Assembly: GCA_965649825.1 (NCBI GenBank)
Contig: OZ287711.1
Location: 355,201-419,200 of the forward strand
Reading direction: 5' to 3'
DNA length: 64,000 nt
From: Penicillus capitatus
Lineage: Eukaryota; Plantae; Chlorophyta
How positions within the stretch are numbered: position 1 is the stretch's first letter; each line of letters begins with the position of its first letter. Shown here in pieces: positions 1 to 10,909 of this stretch. Position numbers and translations under genes: made by a program. The notes under the pieces were generated by a model. That model was not told where the DNA came from. It did no database searches and was given only the letters and a program-made list of their open reading frames with translations.

Positions 1-3000
1 ATGGTCACCATTCCTGCAAGACGGATCTCGGCTGACGTTTCTGACACTTTATCGCCACAGGCTTTCTCGATCACCGGCATCAAGGTCTTCAGCGACTCCG
101 GTAAATCAGCAGCCAGACGTCCAGCCATTGCTGCCGTATCACGCCGCACACCGGCCGATCCGTTCTCGTACGTCTTTTTGATGATATCCAGAAGCGTCTG
201 TTGCTCGTCTGGAGCTTTCTTGGCCATGTACTCCATCGTTTTGACCGTTTCCTGTCGAACCTTGTCATTTTCTCCTGAAAGAAGACGCTCGAGTACTGGA
301 ATAAAAACAGACGCCTGGGACGTCTTCTCGTAGATAAAATGCCTCATAATCTGCACTGCCGTTCGGCAGACTTCTTCGTCTTCATCGTCACCGCCGCCGA
401 TGATCATCTGCAAGATAGACTCGAACTCGTCATCTGTCACCGATGACAGACTGCCGATCACTTCCAGCGCCGCCCGTCGTGCAGAGCTCTTTAGACTGCC
501 GATCGCTTCCTGGATCATCGGCAGCACGACAGGAAACAGTTCGCGCTTGTCTGTCAGGAGACTGATCACGGCTTGCAGTGCCGTATCCTGAACGACGGGC
601 CGATCGTCCTTGAACATCTCGGTAAACAACGGCGTGAATCTCTGGAAGAGATCGGGCACAAAGTCCAGCAGCTTTCGCATCATCTGTATCCCGACATCAC
701 GCGTCTCGAGATCCGAACTCTGGATGTTGTGCTGCGCCAGTTCCATCAAAATCTTCAAGTGCTTGTTAGATCTCTTGACAATGATGACGACGTCTCCGAA
801 TACATCGTATCCCAGTGCTTTCTTGACCGTTGTCGTTTCTGTCAGCTGATCGAGGATCTCGGGAACAGCGGAGAACAGTGAGGGGCATTGCTGAAGCATG
901 TGTCCCAGGATCTCGCGAAACTCTCGATGCTTCACATCTGTGTCTCTGATCAGCGAAACGGCAGCCTTGATGAGCAAAGCGACATCATCATCGCCCTCGC
1001 AGCAGTCTTTCTTTGATTGGGCATTTTCCAGCCCAGTCAGCCAAGCTTCGATGATGTGCAGCTTCAGGAGAAAATGCTGCAGACCGATGATCTCGATCGG
1101 TCCGTCGTCAAAGAATGACAGCAGCTCGGGGAGGTCTCCTTGTTCTGCCTCTGCCATGTGCTGTGCCAGGAACTGCAACGTTCTTTTATACCTGTTCAAG
1201 TACTTCTCTTCTCGCAAACAGTCGACGGCTGTCTTGCCGTTTGGCGAATCGAGATTCTTTAAGCTTTTCGCCACCCACGTCTTGGCAAAGTACTCTTGAA
1301 AGGTCAGATGCGGAAACTGATAGTCGACGCCTTCTTTCTTGAACAGCAAGAATCCGCTCCAGATCAATACTTCTCTGACGGTTAGGCGAGATACTCTTTG
1401 CTCGACGAAGCTCACACTGATGAGGATGTGATCTTTGCGCAGCGCATCGAACGCGATGACCTCAAGCGCCTCGAAGACATCTTCACGCTTGGCATTCCCA
1501 GCACGGAATCCCATTTTCTGTACGAAGCGATTCCAGATGTGGTTGACCATGTCGGAATACATGGCGGCCGGACTCCGCTGACTGAGGCTCACCCCCTCTA
1601 CCCAGAGGAAGCACAGGATGTAAGTCATCACTGGGATGTGCGCCACTTCCCACAGCGAATCCGTTCCTCTCAGAGCATCCATTAGACCTTGAGCGTCTGC
1701 GTCCGTTTTCTTGTGTCTGGTAACCATCTCTTTCTTCACGTACCTGTCGACCTGCTCGTCACTGAATCCCAGGCACTCCACTTCGAGATCGGTGAGTTCA
1801 CGCATTGTACGGAGGTTGTATGGACGCGTCAGCCAGAGGACTTTGCATTGCTTGCGCTTTGCTTCGTTCAGAATGGCTTCGGCTTTCTCGTCCACTTCAT
1901 CCCAGCCATCGATGATGAGCAGCGTCTTCTGGAGATCCAGGTGATCATCCACTTGGGCGCACAGCCCTTTATCAAATTCGCGATTTCTGGGAAAACATTG
2001 TCTGAGAATGAACGCCAGAAACTCTTTGGACGCGCCTTCGATGTCTTCCTTAGTGTTGAGCTCTCTTGCAGGCAGGACGTAAACAGCGTCGAATTCCTGG
2101 AACAACTGACCCCCTGCCCACATATACCCGATATACTTGCTGATGCATGTCTTCCCAGATCCTGGCTTTCCGTGAAACAAAATCGTTTGGATATCCTGCG
2201 CAGGTGAATTCTCCTTTACGATTCTCTTCCTGAACAGATCCTCCAGCGCAATCGAGTTTGCAACTCGCCGTCCAGTGGACTGGTCGTCTTTACTCTGATG
2301 CGAATCGGCCTGTTCCGACGATTGCTTCTTATCCTCCACGATCTGATAGAAAACAATGTGATGCTCCATTTCTTGCACATGCAGACGTAACTGACTGTCG
2401 AACAGAGAAGGCACCTTCAATACACAGGCGCTCGGTGAACACAAGATACTATAAAAGTGAAAAGCCTTACTGTGGCGAAGGCGATGCTTCGGTACCGACT
2501 CTTCAACAGTTCGACGTTTTCTCGTGCTTCTTGCAATGGTATGTGGTTGAACTCTCGACCGATCCGGGTGAAGAGAACTCCAGTGGGTTCTGAAGACGCG
2601 TGCACAGGTTCGCGGAGCTTCTCATCAAGCTGCTTGTTGCCCATCCATTGTTTCACGGCTTTCTTCACTGCCTCCGACTGGCCGGCATCGATCAGTTGCT
2701 GTGAGGATCTCGCCGCCGCCGCCGCCGCCTCATCGTTGCCTCTCGAATGGACGGTATGAAGACAGCAGAGCAGCGCTTCCACGATCTGTTTGTCTCTGAC
2801 CCATACGCTTTTCGTAACGGCATCCGCCAGAGCAAAGAGCTTCGATGACCCTGAGATGCGAACTTCGGCAGAATCTGGAGCCAGCGCGAGACGACGGAGC
2901 TCCTGCATGAGTCCAAAGAGCAACGCCTTGCCGTCTGCATTGAGTCGAATCTTCCAGACAGATTCTTCCACAGTCCTGTAGCTCTCCTCGAAAATCGGAA

Positions 3001-3988
3001 GATTCTGGTGATCCTCGACAGTCTTCCTGCCCGCAACGCTGAGAACTTGAAGCAAATCGTACCACTGTCGTTCTGCAACGTCTATGTTGTCAACCAGTTC
3101 TTTTAACTTTCCAGGTAGGTCTCCCAGCTTGTCTGGATCAATATCCAGTTTTGTTATCTGTATCATTGCGTGAGCGATGCGCAGGAACCCGCAGGTGAAC
3201 ATCTGCAAGAATTGGAAGAACTGCTCAGCGATAGTGGACTCTTCGTCTAGCTTCAGACGCTGGATGCCCTGTTCGATAAGTCTGAAGTAGTACAGGACGG
3301 GATAGTGCTTGCATGAGATTCCCATCGACGAGCGCTTTGTCCTGAGGCTCCGCTGGAAAGTCGTCTTCTCCTCGCTCACCACTTTCTCACACGCGATGCT
3401 TTGCATGAGGACAAAGACTTGATGCAGTGCCATGAATGTGGCCTCGTGTTTAAGGAAGTTCGCCTCCGTCAGCCTTGGCTTTGGACGCAGGCTGTCCATG
3501 AGTTTGTCCGCCACTTCTGTGAGCTCTGTCAGGTCTTGCTGGAAAACTTCGGGAGGCGTCCAGATCAACGACCTGTACAGCGCTTCTGCGACGCTTTCGT
3601 CAGCGAATTTATCGCCGGGAATCCAGTCACTCAGAAAGAAGACCACATCACGGAGCAGCTTCTTGTCGTCTTCCGTCCTATGTTTCATCTTGCAGAGCTC
3701 CACGTATTCCATGACGTTCCCAGCGTCGACATGCTTCTCTTTCGTCTCGCCGTAGAGGCGAAGACATTGCTGAAGGAGTTGTTCCGTTTCGCCCGCCGGC
3801 GAACCATTATAGATTTGGACGAGAGATGTCGTGGAGTCGACGCCCTTCTGTCGCATGAGAGCCCTCAGCTTCTTCTCGTCTGAAATGTCATCGCTCTGTC
3901 TTGCTGGCGGCGCTTCCGGACCGCTACCGTCTTCATGGTCATCCGCGCTGCCGATACTGGGTTCAACCTGTATCTCGTTGGTGGACAT
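1..3988 (-). CDS. NACHT NTPase with helical N-terminal domain and C-terminal HEAT-like repeats (NLR-like STAND protein); 3' end outside window
   Basis: Exon 3988-2471, intron 2470-2391 (GTAAGG..CAG, phase 0), then a frame with no stop in the segments I translated and no terminated ORF in the track, taken as open to base 1. Walker A HGKPGSGKT, Walker B LLIIDGWDE, LWLTRP sensor, winged-helix YQFPHLTFQEYFA, then HEAT-like helices (RRAALEVIGSL, EEVCRTAVQIM). Confidence 0.9.
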
Positions 3989-6320
3989 GACTGGAGTCTG
4001 CGAAGCACAAGAAATCTTTTGACGTAAGGAAAACGAACAGCGAACCGACCTTGGTGCGTAACGCGTTCAGTCGATGTATGCGATTTCCGCAGCAGGCGAA
4101 GATTTGGCGTATCGCTTTGATGGAAACATTAAACGTCGGATGTCAAGTACTGCTGAATATCAAACGCCAATGCGCAATCAGTCGCCATCTTCTGGCGGAT
4201 CTGTGACTTGGCCATTGAGGTACATCGTCTCCCCCGCAAGACCACCGTCAAGCGCGACGTCTCAAACATATCGACAAGCATTGCCCTCCAAGCAAATCCA
4301 GATCCTCGGATGTCGCTGTGTGTAGAGAGACAGAGGCTCGGCGTGATGTGACTCGGAACCTAATCGCACATACCGATCGGTTCGCCGAGATGACTTGAGG
4401 GAACGATAGCTTCAGCGTGGACGCCGCCTTCTGCTGCAAAACGCGAGCGCTTAGTGGGACTGGAAGACTCTTTGAGTTCGTTCGTCTTCACAAGTCCAGT
4501 CATCAGAATTCAGTGCCGATGCTCATCTGGCGACACGCCAAACACTGTGACACATCCTGGACGTTCTCGTAAAGAGCGATCACGTGTTACGAAGGACTCT
4601 CACCGCTGACACCTGGACTAAGCGTTTACGCAATCGTCGGCGCACGGAAAGTCGGCTCGCTTCTCATGCGTGATGCTGAACTGAACCGCCCGTCCATCGT
4701 GCCCTCTGCAGAAGTCTCGTAAGCGTTCCTTGCAGATCTTTCGCGTCAGCGTGAGTTCGGTTATGTAGATGGAAGGCATCTCTGTGCGACGCAAGAGTGT
4801 CGTTATCTGAAGACTCGGACGTTCATCTCTGCGCGGCCTCACCTTTTGGCTGCTTCGATACGATCATCGTTCCTCTGGCTTCGAATTCTGCCCACTACTC
4901 TGCTTGAAGTCCCTCAGTTGGGCGAGATCTCTCAGCAAGTCAGTCTGCATGAATGAACAGCCCGTGGCAGGGAGGTCCGTCATCTAAGCTGACAGCACCG
5001 CTGTCACCTCACGCCGAGTAGACTCCATCTACATACATCTGTTCTGAACGGTGGAAATGCAAAGACAGGCATAAACGTTGGCGGTTCGTCTCGAACTCGA
5101 ACGACGTGTGCTCGAACAGATTTCACTAACCATCTTGTCAGATCGTTGTTCGTCTGCAACGTTAGCGGTGCCCAAGATGGGATTGCTAAGAACAGAGAAG
5201 ACAGACGGTGTACAGAGTCCCGTTTTCAATGACAAACATGCTAATGTTAGTGTCCGTCGGGCAGCGAACGAGCTTAAGGCAAAAATGCCGAATTCCTAGA
5301 AAAGAAGTGAAGGTAATCCAGACATGCGCATCGATGTAATCCATCGCTTGCAACGCGAACTCTCCTGTTTGACGCCACAGTCAACTGGAAGACGAAAACC
5401 GAAGGTATCCACGTCTTTTTGCTCAGAACACATCTCACCTTCCACATGAAGTGTGTAGATTCCCGTTTGGTAAGCAGCATCGGACAGAGCGTGACTTTTT
5501 TGCACAGTCGGTGTGGCCATGACAAGGTCAAAGATGTGACAGGCAGTCTAATGAGTCCCACTTAAATGCGTAGATGTGGTGCGCGTAACGCGATGTGACT
5601 TGGATGCGCGAATTCGTCAGCACGGTCATCACTGAGGTGTAGGGTCTGTGTTTCTCGGAGAATTCTAACCGCCAACATATCCAGAGGCGCTTCCTGTCCG
5701 ACGGCATTCTCCATTTCCTCCGACTCGATCTGACGTCAGGCGACGTCACATCGTGAACTTCCAACCCCATAAAAGGCGGAACGCAGTGGTCATTCCCGTC
5801 TTTTTGTCGACGGCATTTCGTTTCAAGCCTCCGACTGGCGCAGATGCAAAACGCGCGACGGTGAACTTGTAAGGCAAGTCCATATACACTGTCGACGCGA
5901 CGCGGACGCAGTGTCTCCGTCGGCGCAGTTCTTCGCGTTCTCAGGTGTTGGAACCCCGAAGACGAACTCAGCCAGCCGACCTCAACGAAAGGTACGTTTC
6001 TGCCACTGTATGTTCACTCGGCGCTTGTCTTGGCTCCGTAGGTCTCTTCGCGAGCAGAAGTGGAAGACGGAAACGTGGTCGCAGAGAGAACACGGACGAG
6101 GGCGCCTTCGCGCCAAATTCTGAAGGTAAGTTCCCCGAACAGAGAGGGCTCTGAACTAACGCCAAGTTTCTTCTGCACGTAGGCGGCATTAGAAAAGTCC
6201 GTATAAAACAGAGTCCCGACCCAGCTTCGTGAGCGCAACAGGGAAGATGCAACGGAATCGTCACTTTACAAAACCAGGTGTTTTTCCTATGCTTTTTTTT
6301 GCAGAGACGAGAACGAAGGG

Positions 6321-6466
6321 TGACGGGCGGGCTTCGGCCTGCGAGGAGATACTCGCGGACGGTGACGGGCGGGCTTCGGCCTGCGAGGAGATACTCGCGG
6401 ACGGTGACGGGCGGGCTTCGGCCTGCGAGGACAGACTCGCGGACGGTGACGGGCGGGCTTCGGCCT
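6321..6466. repeat. 42-bp tandem repeat (about 3.5 units), each with a GCGGGC-TTCG-GCCTGC hairpin
   Basis: tgacgggcgggcttcggcct recurs at 6321, 6363, 6405, 6447. Confidence 0.95.
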
Positions 6467-8238
6467 ATCTTCCATGGTGGTGGCACCGCCTTTACAATTT
6501 TTCTTCACTTCTCTTCAACTTGCTTCCCTCGAGGACCGGTCTCGGTTCCCGACGGGATAGCCTAATTTTTGTCTGGCGTTCTATGCGCCAGACGAGCGCC
6601 GCGCGGCTGAACAGATCCTGTTCGATCGCGCGACAATCGTCTGGCATATACTCCGCCAGACAATATAACTCACCATAGATTTTAGTCATACGGATCTCTT
6701 TAGACGGATATCGACTGTGAAGGGCGAGCTGAAATCCCATCTACCTTCTTCGAGATCTTAGCTATTATCGAGAACATGATCTCGAAACCAAGTCGGAGGA
6801 AGGAAGGAAGGAAGGGCACTGCATGAGAACGCCGCAAGGCTTTTCTTTGAGAGAAGTACACGAGGTTTTCAACTTGGGACGTTAGTGTATTGCTTAAGCT
6901 TGTCACAAAGCGACCTAGGATGTAAGGAATCGGGAAACTACAGTTTGTCTAATTTGGTAAGCGCGTCTATGCATAGGATAGCATGCACTTTCTACTAGAG
7001 ATTCGCTCTGATTTCATATAGTTACCATCATCTCGCAGCATCTTGATGCCAGTCGAGAACGGCACGCGTTTGTAAGGCTAGCTGTTACAGAACGAATGGA
7101 TCTATCTATCTTTCGTAACACACACCTGTCCTGCGTCGAGCATGTTCGAGTGTGTAAGTCATTGGTTCTCAAACACACACATGAAACTGCCACAGCAACG
7201 CTTCTTTTCTGTCGACATCCGTCGACTTTGTCTCACAGCCGATAAGCTTCATTTCACGTCTCCTCGATTCGCCGAGAGTTGGCTTCATCGTTGTATGGAG
7301 ACCAAAGACTCCTCCTGCAAAAGAGATACAGCAGATGACGCAACAGAGGACCGAAGTTCCTCCAGCATCGCTAAACGGAAGCCGCTACGTCATCAAGTGT
7401 CTACTGGATAAGCCTCATTCACAGGACGATGTCTCTGGCCTCTTTGTCGTTACCAGTCTTTCCCTTGACTCGCTTTGAATTCTTGCTTGATTGACGGCAG
7501 ACCGAAGATGACTACGACAGCAAAGGAAGACAACAAATGATTCGCTGTGCTGCTGTATCGTGCACGCACGACGTGCGAGACAAACGCGTTTTAGATTCGG
7601 TGGACGCGGAGGTCGAAACGCCTGAGGCAACAGATGTTCAGAGTACATGGCACGTTCATCTTCGTGTCTCTCCTCTAGGTCACTCAGATTGTCAGTTCAC
7701 GCTTGTTCTCTTCGCTTCCGTGACTCGAACACGTTTGCTTCGCAAAGCGCGACGGACGTCGTGACTGCCATCTCCGATTCTCAACTGGCGCTAAGTGCTA
7801 AGTGTGATCGGACGACGTCCCTGAAGCCCGTGTATATGTAATCGCATGTCTCTAACAGATGTCTCTGGCGTACACGGATGCCGGCTCTGACCATGGCATT
7901 CATCCCCCAAAACACTGCTTACATAAGCAACGATGTGACTGTTCCAACATCCAAGAGACAAATGTATATGACAGATCGATGCAAAGAACGCACTGCATCG
8001 AAAGCCTTCAGCAAGCAGACAGCCTTTCTTTCATTCGTTGCGTTCCCCGTGCTGGCCACACTTAGGGAAGACTTGCATGACGACAATCGGCGTTTAATAG
8101 CCGGCAACAACAACACCCGTACTGTTAAAAAACGTTCCCCCGGTGCTCCAAGCACAGAAATGGCAGGTCTTCTCCCTCGACGCGTCATCAGAACAGGCAA
8201 GACAGACAACGACGTCGATCATCAGCCGCGGTGCTTAA

Positions 8239-9351
8239 TCAAGTGCGCGCCAACAGATCAACTTTGTGATGAGATCGTTTCACTAGCTCGTCATCGCCGA
8301 CTTTCTCCCATGATCCGTATTCATGATCTACGAAGATCTTTATGTCTCCAGCAAGCACCTTCCATACTTCAGTGACTTCTCTCTCGAACGTTTTGCGGAT
8401 TTTCTCCGTAACGATGAAGTTCACTTTAAATTCCTTCTGCAAGTCTTCGAATCTGAGGTCCACTGTTCTGCCAAGTGTCGCCCCGGTAATTGCATATGCA
8501 GTTCCAAACAGCGTAAAAACGATTCCCACTCCTGGCGCTGCCATAGCCGTGATTGCACCAGCGCCAGCAATAGCTGCACCAGTGCCAGTCACAAAACAAC
8601 GAATCATGCTGTAAGACTTAGCGTCTTTTTCGTCGACTTCGACGACAGGAACCACAACTGTACTTTTTCCGGTCGTTACTTCGATGTAGCTGTCATTAAT
8701 AATTTCACTCTTGGTTTCCTTAGGACCTGGCGTCCTCTCATATTTTCCAGCAAACAGCGGGCTATTAAAATCCAGTTCCTCTCTGGAAGGAATCAAGGTT
8801 TCGTAGAAACGGACGATGTCCGAGACGGCGTCGTCGTACAGACGACGAGTTTTGCCGTCGTCAAGGATCTTGGACACAAACCCTTGTAGGTGAAAGATCG
8901 CTACTGGTTCCTTCGTGCACTCGCTGTTAATCTCGCTTCGGGCTCGATCGAGTGTGGATCTGTTTTCCGAACGAAGCGCGACGACGATCCTCGGAAAAAC
9001 GACACTCATCTTCTGCAACAAGTCCTTCTCCAACGCCGACAGCGTCTGAATAATGACGATTGGCGGATAGAGATCAGCCTTGCCGGTTCCTGCGAGGAAT
9101 TGCAGTAACGTTCGTTCGGGAATGTCCGTTCCCCCGCTGTCGTCGAAGCCGACAGTGTCCACCATTCTGACGGCGCGTTTGCCAAAACGCATCGAATATC
9201 CCCGCGCCTCCTTCGTGTGCGAATTAAGACCGTCGGACACGATGTTCGGAAGCGCGCTTCCCTGGAGGATGCGATTGGCGGTGGAAATGAACTCGCCTTT
9301 ACCAATTCGCGTCCTCCCGACGATAAGTAAGACGGGATCTAAGGACCCCAT
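8239..9351 (-). CDS. AIG1/Toc34-like (TRAFAC) GTPase with C-terminal hydrophobic hairpin, paralog 1, intronless
   Basis: G1 GRTRIGKGE, G2 SHT, G3 DTVG; Gly/Ala hydrophobic stretch FVTGTGAAIAGAGAITAMAAPGVGIVFTLFG; likely ATG at 9351 (MGSLDP). Confidence 0.85.
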   Translation of the reverse strand: MGSLDPVLLIVGRTRIGKGEFISTANRILQGSALPNIVSDGLNSHTKEARGYSMRFGKRAVRMVDTVGFDDSGGTDIPERTLLQFLAGTGKADLYPPIVIIQTLSALEKDLLQKMSVVFPRIVVALRSENRSTLDRARSEINSECTKEPVAIFHLQGFVSKILDDGKTRRLYDDAVSDIVRFYETLIPSREELDFNSPLFAGKYERTPGPKETKSEIINDSYIEVTTGKSTVVVPVVEVDEKDAKSYSMIRCFVTGTGAAIAGAGAITAMAAPGVGIVFTLFGTAYAITGATLGRTVDLRFEDLQKEFKVNFIVTEKIRKTFEREVTEVWKVLAGDIKIFVDHEYGSWEKVGDDELVKRSHHKVDLLART

Positions 9352-9904
9352 CTGAGGATTTATCTGACACGAACGGAAGGGAGTAAACGAGACGACGGTA
9401 CGCGTCTGTCGACGCAAAAAGGAGAGGCGAAAAAGACGCAGAAACGCCGAACAAAGGCAAACCGAAAATCGTTCGGTGTTGTGTCTGACGCGACTTTATA
9501 CGTGAAACATACGACCTTGTCGAAAAAGTTCGCGTAGATGACTCTGAAATCGGGACACGTGGCAACTGTTTCATCTGGAAGGGGTGCGTTTGTGCACCGA
9601 TGGAATCCCGATACCTTTGCAGAAAAGAACGCCGAGTGTACTGTTCGCTTCGAAATGGCGCATCGACTGTCTTACTTGGGTGAGTTACTTCTTCGACTCA
9701 GGAAGGATGACTGTGTCTTCAGCACGAGCGCGCCAGAAGGTTCCTTGAACGAACGATGTAATGTAGCAAGTCTTGGGATGCGATTTTCAGTAGACGCGAC
9801 ACTCGTAGGACTACCTGTTCTAATGCGTCGTCCGAGGCATTTTAGGTTTCCACTACCTCTCATCAAATCGGTCGGTCCACGAGAAAAGCCGCATGTTTTG
9901 CGGC

Positions 9905-10447
9905 CTACTGTGACATTATCAGCAGGTAAATGCAGACGATCTGCAAGAGTGAGCGTCTCCGCAACGTTTGTTGTAAGTTACCGGCTTCGCATCGCTTTCC
10001 CGATTGTGCTCTAAAAAGCTCCAGACGCGGCATTGAGGTTCGGTCTCGCTCGCAATTTCGTTCAACGAACCGCACACTGACCGTGACCTTAATTCCTATC
10101 GGTGTGCGAAGAGAGTGTACTGCTTTCCAACGAACCACACTTGCTGATCTATTCAAAGGGAAAACGATGTTTAGAATGGATGCGTCCAAAGCTTTTTGCG
10201 GATGCAAGCACATACATACATCCAGTTGTGACGACGAGACGTGATCGAGCACAGGATCTTTTGCATTCCAGTAGAAGAAATGACCAGTGATGGTCACGAC
10301 AACTGTCGCCTCCGACGACGTGGACGTTTCGGCTACATGAAGGCGCATTCGTCTAGATACACGCATGCACTCACTGACGATATCTCGAGTACAGCGAGTG
10401 GCTCGCTTTATCGAGAGGATCTCAAGAGAGGTTAAGAATGCTCGCAA
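9905..10447 (-). pseudogene. Possible degenerate hAT-type transposase fragment
   Basis: Only loose by-eye resemblance: VTITGHFF to hAT (S/T)VTAHF and RCEAGNLQ to RCxAHxL; catalytic motifs not intact. Confidence 0.25.
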
Positions 10448-10909
10448 AATTCCATTGGACAGACTCCTGCTGACAAAACGATCGCAGTGGATACCTGGTC
10501 CACGACTCCTATATCGGCTTTATCTTGGACTGCTGTCGGTTTCCTGGCATTGCAGAACGACTCATCGTCTGACGTGTCAAGAAATGCCGTCTACTGCGCT
10601 CTCGGCTTGTGGAGTGCTTAGACTCTCTACGGCATCTGCATATGGTGGCAGAAAAGGTAGGCGTCTTCGCGGAGTTCGAAGAGGTTGACAGGCGGCGGGA
10701 TATATCTGGAAGCAGCGCTCAGAAGGCGGCGCCACTGTGGAATGCGTCGTCGCATGGACAACACGAGAGGTCGTGTCACTTCGAATGCGAACATCTGAGG
10801 CATGTCGCATGAAGCTAGACGACGTCAGCGAGGACGATAGAACGAAAAACACTCGACGCGCAGAACGTCGTGTTTCTGCATTCTTCAGCAAGACGCCGTT
10901 CGTTACAAG

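Larger units (their letters stand above)
5690..9660. repeat. Segmental duplication, copy A (partner about 26190-30400, same orientation)
   Basis: Collinear shared blocks, e.g. gacgtcaggcgacgtcacatcgtgaacttccaac, the hairpin array, ttcattcgttgcgttccccgtgct, the GTPase gene and gggacacgtggcaactgtttcatctggaa. Boundaries approximate. Confidence 0.85.

Noticed and set aside
4440-5700. MULE/MuDR transposase relic (DAAYQTG, TPSVF); similar hints at 12.7-13.1 kb
   Set aside because: Only short, loose motifs in frames full of stops; needs a profile search to support.
7878-8375. Conserved + strand gene antisense to the GTPase 3' end (partner 28263-28758)
   Set aside because: The copies differ by a 2-nt indel near KRQ that breaks the frame; similarity is explained by the segmental duplication.
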